Positions 18,528-24,742 of a stretch of 26,107 nucleotides of DNA are shown here, one piece after another. The first letter of the stretch is position 1. Every line of letters starts with the position of its first letter. Source of the stretch: a virus. Taxonomy: Duplodnaviria > Caudoviricetes. The position numbers and the translations under genes were made by a program. Below the pieces are notes generated by a model. That model was not told the DNA's origin, searched no databases, and was given only the letters and a program-made list of their open reading frames with translations. The DNA lies in IMG/VR virus record IMGVR_UViG_3300004829_000007, positions 1-26,107 of that record. The stretch is one strand, 5' to 3'.

Positions 18528-18780
18528 TAGCTTTCGTTCTCCAGTATCTTTAAGAGTACTTTAGGTTCGTTTTCCACCTCTCCATCGCTCCCTAGCGTTC
18601 CTAGAGTACCCTTAAGGATATTACCTTTACAACATCCCCTCCAATAACTCCCCTTTAAGTCTATGTTAGGTTTCTAATGCCTGTGTCAGTTTTCCATCTG
18701 AAAGCACAAGGATCATTAGGATCTAACGTACCCTCCTCTCGTGTATTCCTCACGTATAGCTCCTGTATCCTTCAGGAACT

Positions 18781-18960
18781 GAAAAAATATTGAAAAAATC
18801 TGAATGCATATCATCAGCGAATGTTGCGCAAGAGTCCCCCAGGTACCCCCAAGAATAGCTCCAGGTGATCGAAAGACAACCTCCATTGATCATATGAATA
18901 GTCATCAAAGTGATACCTAATGATACATATGATACCTAAAGAATAGCTCCAGTTACTCCA
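18781..18960 (+). other. Probable genome terminus / start of the direct terminal repeat
   Basis: Lies between terL and the early promoters. AAAAAATCTGAATGCATA-TCATCAG...AGTCCCCCAGGTACCCCC resembles the T7-type end context. Short repeats TGATAC x3 (18911-18935) and AAGAATAGCTCCAG x2 (18851, 18939). Confidence 0.55.
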
Positions 18961-19018
18961 GTATCATTTATAATAGTTACATATGAAACCAATGTATACG
19001 TGGGTATTTCTGCAAGAT

Positions 19019-19062
19019 GTCAAAAGATTGACACATGTATAGTCAAAAGATTGACACATGTA
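19019..19062. repeat. Tandem 21-bp repeat, each unit containing the dyad GTCAA-N4-TTGAC
   Basis: GTCAAAAGATTGACACATGTA at 19019-19039 and 19042-19062. Confidence 0.9.
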
Positions 19063-19209
19063 ACCTTATGCTTATCACCTACAACAGATACATGAATAAA
19101 CCTATTGCATACCTATTGACAACCACAACAAACCCATGTTAGTAGATAGATATCATAACTATTACGTGAACACTGAGTTACCATTCATAAACTAAATAGT
19201 CACTATAAC

Positions 19210-19237
19210 TTGACTTTATTCTACATTCTGTTACTAT
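19210..19237 (+). promoter_or_regulatory. Host sigma70-type early promoter
   Basis: TTGACT-16 nt-TACTAT with an extended -10 TG at 19229-30. Confidence 0.72.
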
Positions 19238-19354
19238 GGGAACCATCAAACGGCAACGCAGCCAACCAGCTAAAACAGACAGTCAAGGATAAAGACGTAA
19301 AAACCCAAGTTGTTAGGCAGGTATCAAGGAAAATACGCTAAGATGCGAAAGTAC

Positions 19355-19384
19355 TTGACAAGGCTAGCCAAGGTTTGATAACAT
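19355..19384 (+). promoter_or_regulatory. Host sigma70-type early promoter
   Basis: TTGACA-18 nt-TAACAT with a TGn extension, 36 nt upstream of the first early ORF. Confidence 0.7.
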
Positions 19385-19420
19385 GAAAACACGAATTAAC
19401 GCTCAAGGGAGATAGTACCG

Positions 19421-19645
19421 ATGAACGAAGTACAATATAATGCAATCAACTTTCTAATGAATGTAGCATGTATCATGCCAGTAGATGAAAAGACATTCAA
19501 AAGTATTTGGATAGGCTTTAACCTAGATGGCCCAGAGATGAAGCAAGTATGTCTACATGTTGCCGAACAATGCTACGCTGGTCTAAACAAGTCATGTGGT
19601 GATTGGGCAATGGAATTGGTAAAGTATGCTATTCAAGAGTGTTAA
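19421..19645 (+). CDS. First early gene, hypothetical protein
   Basis: 74 aa, RBS AAGGGAG, immediately downstream of the promoter; no recognised motif. Confidence 0.75.
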   Translation: MNEVQYNAINFLMNVACIMPVDEKTFKSIWIGFNLDGPEMKQVCLHVAEQCYAGLNKSCGDWAMELVKYAIQEC

Positions 19646-19656
19646 TAAGTGACTAA

Positions 19657-19672
19657 GGGGTCGAAAGGCCCC
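19657..19672 (+). promoter_or_regulatory. GNRA-capped hairpin between early genes (no U-tract; possible processing or stability element)
   Basis: GGGGTC-GAAA-GGCCCC. Confidence 0.5.
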
Positions 19673-19695
19673 ACTAAATCTAGGGAGTTAGTACC

Positions 19696-20292
19696 ATGAT
19701 TAAATTGATAGATGTTACCACCAAAACAGCAGCTAAAAAGATGCTAACATGTGGTAACAATAAGCTAGACAAGAGCATAGGCATTTGGAACCTACCAGCT
19801 AGTCAAGAGGTATGCGGACGTGTATGCAAAGGTTGCTACGCAATGAAAGCGCAGCGGATGTACCCAAGTGTATTACCAAGTCGCGAGGCAAAGCTAGAAC
19901 GTAGCCGAAACGATGGATTTGCTAGGAATATGTACCAAAGTATTGTAAAGCTTGGCCTAGACAAAGTGAGGATACACGAAAGTGGTGACTTTTACAGCCA
20001 AGAGTATATTTTTGAATGGGCCAAGGTCGCTAGCGCATTACCAGATGTGGTATTCCTAGCCTACACTAAACGAATGAGTGACTTTGATTTTAGTATGCTA
20101 CGAGCGTTACCAAATGTAATTGTTGTAAACTCATTGTTCGGTAAACGATTGAACTATGGCAAGCTTGAAAAGAAACCAGCACAAGCGTTCCTATGCCCAG
20201 CATTAGAATGTGGTAACAATTGTAACTACTGTTATGACTTGAATAACAAGCATGACCTAGAGACTAACGGAATCTACTTCGAGGCACATTAA
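19696..20292 (+). CDS. GP88-family / radical-SAM-like Fe-S protein
   Basis: GNNKL...WNLPA, CGRVCKGC (CxxxCxxC) followed by YA, VRIHESGDFYS, AYTK, and a C-terminal CPALECGNNCNYC cluster. Confidence 0.75.
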   Translation: MIKLIDVTTKTAAKKMLTCGNNKLDKSIGIWNLPASQEVCGRVCKGCYAMKAQRMYPSVLPSREAKLERSRNDGFARNMYQSIVKLGLDKVRIHESGDFYSQEYIFEWAKVASALPDVVFLAYTKRMSDFDFSMLRALPNVIVVNSLFGKRLNYGKLEKKPAQAFLCPALECGNNCNYCYDLNNKHDLETNGIYFEAH

Positions 20293-20293
20293 A

Positions 20294-20563
20294 ATGTATA
20301 TTGAATTTGAATACAATGACTATTGGCTACATGTTGAAGTAACTGACTACAGCTTCACACAAGGTAGGTACAATGCTGACTCAGAAGATCCAGAAGAGTA
20401 CCACGGCACACGATGGGTAGAGTTTGAAGTACTAGGGTACAATGACTATGATGAAAATGAAGAGTACCAGTATTACGATGGTGAACCTACAGACTTTGAC
20501 CTAAGTGAAGTTGAAGATCTAGTGACAGACTATGTTGAAGAGTTTTTGGAGGATGAATTATGA
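20294..20563 (+). CDS. Extremely acidic small protein (candidate DNA mimic)
   Basis: 89 aa with 30 Asp/Glu, no Lys and 2 Arg; Tyr-rich. RBS GAGG. Confidence 0.7.
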   Translation: MYIEFEYNDYWLHVEVTDYSFTQGRYNADSEDPEEYHGTRWVEFEVLGYNDYDENEEYQYYDGEPTDFDLSEVEDLVTDYVEEFLEDEL

Positions 20564-21270
20564 ATGGTAAGGTAGTAGTAAGCTTGTACGACTATACAGG
20601 TGTGGCGGTACGGCCTTGGGCCGAAGCAGGATACGAATGCTTTTGCTATGATATCCAACATCCAACAATTGAAAGTGAAAAGGTGGGGCAAGGCTACATT
20701 CATAAGATGAAGGCAGACTTACATGATACAAACGAACTGGAGTTTATTCTGTATCGCCACTTGAATGATGATGTACAGTTTGCAATGGCATTTCCTGTAT
20801 GCACTGATATGGCAGTAAGTGGTGCGGCCCACTTTAAACGAAAGGCAGAGGTTGATCCAGACTTCCAACATAAAGCAGCAATGTATGCTGTGTGGTGTGC
20901 CCAAGTGTTTGAAACGTGGGAAATACCATACTACATTGAAAACCCAGTGAGTGTACTGTCAACATTATGGCGTAAACCAAACTATAACTTTCACCCATTT
21001 GAATATGGTGGTTACATAGCAGAGACAGATGCAGAGCATCCATTGTACCCTGAATATATCGCGCCTAGGGACGCGTACACTAAGAAGACATGTCTTTGGA
21101 CAGGTGGTGACTTTAAAATGCCTGACAAGCGCCCTGTAGACTGCGAGAGCTACGGCAGTAGCAGACAACATCGAAAGCTTGGCGGTAAAAGCTTGAAGAC
21201 TAAGAATATACGGTCAGCAACGCCAAGAGGATTTGCGCAGGCAATCTTTGAAGCTAATCGGGGGTGGTAG
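20560..21270 (+). CDS. Phage Dcm-like (C5-cytosine) DNA methyltransferase family protein
   Basis: Divergent motif I (VSLYDYTG), catalytic-type FPVCT, ENPVS, YTKKTCLW and RSATPRGFA. ATGA overlap with the upstream gene. Confidence 0.75.
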   Translation: MNGKVVVSLYDYTGVAVRPWAEAGYECFCYDIQHPTIESEKVGQGYIHKMKADLHDTNELEFILYRHLNDDVQFAMAFPVCTDMAVSGAAHFKRKAEVDPDFQHKAAMYAVWCAQVFETWEIPYYIENPVSVLSTLWRKPNYNFHPFEYGGYIAETDAEHPLYPEYIAPRDAYTKKTCLWTGGDFKMPDKRPVDCESYGSSRQHRKLGGKSLKTKNIRSATPRGFAQAIFEANRGW

Positions 21271-21271
21271 T

Positions 21272-21358
21272 ATGATGTATGACTTAGATTTAGGTGAAAT
21301 AGTTCTTGCAATTACATTTACAGGCATGGTATTGTATGTCTTATGGGGTAGCAAATGA
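21272..21358 (+). CDS. 28-aa single-pass membrane peptide (not in the ORF track)
   Basis: MMYDLDLGEIVLAITFTGMVLYVLWGSK*. Starts 1 nt after the methyltransferase stop, with a G-rich RBS. Confidence 0.55.
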   Translation: MMYDLDLGEIVLAITFTGMVLYVLWGSK

Positions 21359-21396
21359 ATATCTTAAAGAAATTTAAAAGTTTTTTCCAAAAAGAC

Positions 21397-21425
21397 TTGA
21401 CAACTGAAACTCAGGGTGATAAAGT
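21397..21425 (+). promoter_or_regulatory. Strong sigma70-type promoter with a UP-like A/T tract
   Basis: TTGACA-17 nt-TAAAGT with a TGn extension; upstream AAATTTAAAAGTTTTTTCCAAAAAG. Confidence 0.8.
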
Positions 21426-21462
21426 AACCCTACAAATTGAATCAACTAATGGAGACAATCCA

Positions 21463-21717
21463 ATGAACAAAGTACTTAATGCAATCGTAGAGAACGGTAA
21501 GTTTTGTAAAGTAGAATTTTTGAAGAAAGATGGCAGTGTTGGTACTGTACATGGTCGAACAGGTGTAAAACGTTACGCCAAGGGCGGCAAGCGTACTACT
21601 AATGACCGTGACTACATCATGTTCTATGACCTAAACAAAGGCTACCGCAATGTGAACCGTCACACAATCTTGAAAGTTAACGGTGTTAACCTAAAGATTA
21701 AACTGAAAGAACAGTAA
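21463..21717 (+). CDS. Small basic SH3-fold / WYL-like protein
   Basis: VEFLKKDGS...GRTGV...FYDLNKGYRNVN pattern. Start moved to ATG 21463 (RBS GGAGA) because the longer ORF runs through the promoter. Confidence 0.65.
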   Translation: MNKVLNAIVENGKFCKVEFLKKDGSVGTVHGRTGVKRYAKGGKRTTNDRDYIMFYDLNKGYRNVNRHTILKVNGVNLKIKLKEQ

Positions 21718-21744
21718 ACTGTTGATATTAAAGGAGATTTAGCT

Positions 21745-21987
21745 ATGAATATTAACAAGATCAACATCCGCACATCCAAAGCACCAGCACGAAAGCATGG
21801 TCGCACTCTACGCGGAAAGTGGCGTGACCTATTCGAAGCTATGGAAGTCGGTAACTGGTTCACAGTAACAGGCGACAAAGAACGCATGGCAACAGCCTCA
21901 GCAGCCACAGTATACTTAAAGGGACGCTACTCTTTATACAAGCACCCTACAAAAGCAAATACTTGGGTATTTACTAAAGTTAAATAA
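21745..21987 (+). CDS. Small basic protein, possibly DNA-binding
   Basis: RGKWRDLFEAMEVGNWFTV resembles the phage 'KYPF..MEVGDSF' small-protein pattern. RBS AAAGGAG. Confidence 0.65.
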   Translation: MNINKINIRTSKAPARKHGRTLRGKWRDLFEAMEVGNWFTVTGDKERMATASAATVYLKGRYSLYKHPTKANTWVFTKVK

Positions 21988-22004
21988 TAATTGGAGATAT
22001 TCTT

Positions 22005-22208
22005 ATGATCGCAGGTGTAAACACAACTGACCAAACAGTAGTAGCAACGTATTGGGAACGCCTTAGTGCTGACCATGTAATAGTGCAGGTAGGTGATAAG
22101 AAACCTGTGATGGAGAAGATCTTCCACGAAACAGACGTAGGTATCTTATGTAATGATCTGGTTACTTACATCGACTTTAACGAAACCAAACTAAAGGAGT
22201 TTGAGTAA
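22005..22208 (+). CDS. Hypothetical protein, copy 1
   Basis: 67 aa, RBS GGAG; 66/67 aa identical to 22960..23163. Confidence 0.85.
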   Translation: MIAGVNTTDQTVVATYWERLSADHVIVQVGDKKPVMEKIFHETDVGILCNDLVTYIDFNETKLKEFE

Positions 22209-22894
22209 TGAGTAAATTAGAATTTAACGTAGGCGATAAGGTACTTATTAATCCTACTAGTACGTACTGTGGCCTTGGCCCTAACAATCCATCAGATACT
22301 GTTGGTGAGGTAACACGAGCTGACGAAGGGGCTGACTTCCCTTACGATGTAACATGGGAAAATGACCGTAACAACGACTACCCAGAGGGTGCTCTAATTG
22401 CTGCTGGAGAAACTTCATACTTAGCTTCTCTGAAAGCACAGCTAGACGAACTAACAGCTAAGTATGAAGCCTTAGAGAAGAAACAGCAACAGAAGCCAGT
22501 GTACCGTAAGGTGTCGTTCGAGAGCCGCGAGGCCTGGGCCGCAGCAATGGCAGGTGGTCGAGTGTTCTATAGTATGCATACTGGAGGTGGTATTGCTAGC
22601 CGATACTTCTGTGACATTGAAAACATCAACGGTAAGGAATCACCTTTCCGACTTGACGTTGGTAACAATGGAGACTCAATGCCACTCCTAGGATGCTGGG
22701 TAGATTGGGAAACTGAAGAGTTGTACGAGGAACATAAAGGTTGCTGGTATGACAATATTCCTAAAGGTGGTGTGATGTGCTACTGTTGGGATGATGACTT
22801 TGAATATCGTACCCTTCATGTGGTGGTAAACTACGAGCCAGCCAACATATATCCGTACTTTACTTTGAAAGGTGCTCCCTATACTAATGCATAG
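22208..22894 (+). CDS. Modular hypothetical protein (SH3/KOW-like N-terminus, coiled coil, C-terminal domain); possibly truncated by an amber codon
   Basis: FNVGDKVLI...GEVT...YDVTW N-terminal barrel pattern. The frame continues for 15 codons past the TAG to a TAA at 22940-22942. Confidence 0.75.
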   Translation: MSKLEFNVGDKVLINPTSTYCGLGPNNPSDTVGEVTRADEGADFPYDVTWENDRNNDYPEGALIAAGETSYLASLKAQLDELTAKYEALEKKQQQKPVYRKVSFESREAWAAAMAGGRVFYSMHTGGGIASRYFCDIENINGKESPFRLDVGNNGDSMPLLGCWVDWETEELYEEHKGCWYDNIPKGGVMCYCWDDDFEYRTLHVVVNYEPANIYPYFTLKGAPYTNA

Positions 22895-22959
22895 CCAGTG
22901 GACTACTTAACCATTGAACAGTACTTTTTAGAAAACAAATAACAATTGGAGATATAACC

Positions 22960-23163
22960 ATGATCGCAGGTGTAAACACTTCTGACCAAACAGTAGTAGC
23001 AACATATTGGGAACGCCTTAGTGCTGACCATGTAATAGTGCAGGTAGGTGATAAGAAACCTGTGATGGAGAAGATCTTCCACGAAACAGACGTAGGTATT
23101 CTATGTAACGATCTGGTTACCTACATCGACTTTAATGAAACCAAACTAAAGGAGTTTGAGTAA
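22960..23163 (+). CDS. Hypothetical protein, copy 2
   Basis: 67 aa, RBS GGAG; paralog of 22005..22208. Confidence 0.85.
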   Translation: MIAGVNTSDQTVVATYWERLSADHVIVQVGDKKPVMEKIFHETDVGILCNDLVTYIDFNETKLKEFE

Positions 23164-23336
23164 TGGAGCAGTTTAAAATCTACGTAATTGACATGTGGGA
23201 ACGTGAGATTGCCGAGTTTGATTATGAAAACGAAGCTGAGAAACACGTCGAAGAATTTGTAGCAGATGGGGGCGACATTGACTACCTTTACATCTTCAAG
23301 GCACGGCCTATGGAATTAAAGTTTAGGATAGTCTAA
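23163..23336 (+). CDS. 57-aa acidic hypothetical protein (not in the ORF track)
   Basis: MEQFKIYVIDMWEREIAEFDYENEAEKHVEEFVADGGDIDYLYIFKARPMELKFRIV*. TAATG overlaps at both ends; RBS AAGGAG. Confidence 0.8.
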   Translation: MEQFKIYVIDMWEREIAEFDYENEAEKHVEEFVADGGDIDYLYIFKARPMELKFRIV

Positions 23337-23551
23337 TGGATAAGTGGTTTGACTTTGCCGAGTTGTTGAACGATCTTCGGGTCATTCCTCGACTACTCAT
23401 AGGAACCTACGTAATGGTCTGGTATGACTCAGCACAATGGTTCATGGCCTTGGAAGCTCCAACCACCCAACAAGCTTCCTTGATCTCAATAGTAACAGGT
23501 GTAGGGGCTGCGTGGTTTGGCCTCTATGTAAACTCAGGAGGTAAGCGATGA
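23336..23551 (+). CDS. Small two-TM membrane protein
   Basis: RVIPRLLIGTYVMVW...WFMAL..PT.QQA.LISIVTGVGAAWFGLYV; two hydrophobic segments. Confidence 0.75.
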   Translation: MDKWFDFAELLNDLRVIPRLLIGTYVMVWYDSAQWFMALEAPTTQQASLISIVTGVGAAWFGLYVNSGGKR

Positions 23552-23952
23552 ACACTAAAGAAATGATAGCCGTTATGCAGGCTTATGAAGATGGTAATCA
23601 GATTGAAGCAAAGCTACTGTCTGACCCTGACTGGTATAGCGTAGAGAAACCTTTATGGGATTGGGATTCTTTTGTGTACCGCATCAAAACCACAAAGAAG
23701 CCAGTAGACCTATCAGTGCTGATTGATAGTGGTATTGATATGGCTACTAAAGACGAGCTAGACAGACTGAAAGACTTACTACAAACTACAGGTACTAACC
23801 TAATCGGTACACGAGAATCCGAAAGACTAGAGATTGTACGTTGTCAGCACTGTGATGCAATAAAAAACATCTATCAGTTCGGAGATGTACCTCATAAGGA
23901 AAATTGTCCAGTAGCTAAGATAACTGAGATTGTGTGGGAGTGTGACGAATGA
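23548..23952 (+). CDS. Hypothetical protein with a C-terminal CxxC...H...C putative zinc site
   Basis: N-terminal IAVMQAYEDG..IE...W...PLWDW...YRIK phage domain; C-terminal CQHC...HKENCP. ATGA overlap. Confidence 0.72.
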   Translation: MNTKEMIAVMQAYEDGNQIEAKLLSDPDWYSVEKPLWDWDSFVYRIKTTKKPVDLSVLIDSGIDMATKDELDRLKDLLQTTGTNLIGTRESERLEIVRCQHCDAIKNIYQFGDVPHKENCPVAKITEIVWECDE

Positions 23953-24203
23953 TTGATAATCCACAGTGGTTAGCTGATGAGTTAACAGAAAGTATTGAGT
24001 CTGGTGAGATAGAAGTAATCACTATCGCAGCGTTAGAGTACGACACTCTACAGCATAGAGCTAATCAGCTTAGTGAGTTGTATAGTGTAGTACACGGACT
24101 TATGCGAGAGCTTGCTCGTAGTGACATACATCAGACAGACATTCTATGTAAAATGTGTGATGTCGATGAAGCGTTAAGGAAGGTGAGTGGTGCACAAGAG
24201 TAA
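23949..24203 (+). CDS. Hypothetical protein
   Basis: 84 aa, ATGA overlap with the upstream gene, RBS GGGAG. Confidence 0.68.
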   Translation: MIDNPQWLADELTESIESGEIEVITIAALEYDTLQHRANQLSELYSVVHGLMRELARSDIHQTDILCKMCDVDEALRKVSGAQE

Positions 24204-24333
24204 CACAGAATACACCAACCGATATGGTGATAAGTATTGGTGGGAGAAACTAGAAGATGCTGTAGAGATAATTAAGGACGAGCAGGAGAAAGACAAAGAA
24301 GGACTGCCGCGTGTAGTTTGGGAGTGTGAGTAA
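24190..24333 (+). CDS. 47-aa chimeric ORF or gene remnant (not in the ORF track)
   Basis: GTG start, RBS AAGGAAGG; MHKSNTEYTNRYGDKYWWEKLE...LPRVVWECE*. The N-terminus matches the ORF at 24739 and the C-terminus resembles the end of the ORF at 23548. Confidence 0.55.
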   Translation: MHKSNTEYTNRYGDKYWWEKLEDAVEIIKDEQEKDKEGLPRVVWECE

Positions 24334-24334
24334 T

Positions 24335-24742
24335 ATGGCATGGTACACAGCCTTTATCCCTGAAGTAGTAGGGTATGTTTCAAACTACTTTACTAAGAAG
24401 CAGGAACGACAGTTGGCTTTAGAGACAGGTACTTTGAAGCTTAAGCAATCAAAACAAACTGGTGAACATGAAGTCACCATGACCGATGCAGAGGGTGAAG
24501 CAGTCCTTGCAAGGGGTCTAGAATCTTCATGGAAAGATGAATATGTAACTATCATTATCACCTTACCTATCCCAATGATTATGGTAGGGGCTATGCTGGA
24601 GACATATGACCCAGAAAGTAAGGTACTCACAGGTGTTATCAATGGTTTGAAACAGCTTGAGATACTGGGCCTGGATTGGGGTTTCTTAACTAGCGCAGTT
24701 GTATTAGCCGCTGTTGGCTTGAAGATTTGGAGAGCACGATGA
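24335..24742 (+). CDS. Membrane protein, putative holin ('SWKDE' pattern)
   Basis: SSWKDEYVTIIITLPIPMIMVG plus a second hydrophobic helix (WGFLTSAVVLAAVGLKIW). Start moved to ATG 24335. Confidence 0.6.
   Translation: MAWYTAFIPEVVGYVSNYFTKKQERQLALETGTLKLKQSKQTGEHEVTMTDAEGEAVLARGLESSWKDEYVTIIITLPIPMIMVGAMLETYDPESKVLTGVINGLKQLEILGLDWGFLTSAVVLAAVGLKIWRAR

Larger units (their letters stand above)
21982..23165 (+). repeat. 229-bp direct repeat (21982-22210 and 22937-23165) flanking one gene
   Basis: Copies are 955 bp apart. Each covers the previous stop codon, the RBS, the whole 67-aa ORF and the next ATG. The coding parts differ at 8 of 204 nt. Confidence 0.95.

Noticed and set aside
18268-19062. 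Mini-CRISPR array from the 16-bp and 21-bp repeat pairs
   Set aside because: Only two copies each, spacers of 16 and 2 nt, and no cas genes.
19116-19147. Additional sigma70 promoter at TTGACA 19116-19121
   Set aside because: The -10 region (TTAGTA/TAGTAG) lacks the conserved final T at 16-18 nt spacing. Possible but not supportable.
22892-22894. Genome-wide TAG reassignment
   Set aside because: TAG serves as a normal stop at 8615, 12301, 16403 and 21270, and the long genes are uninterrupted under the standard code.
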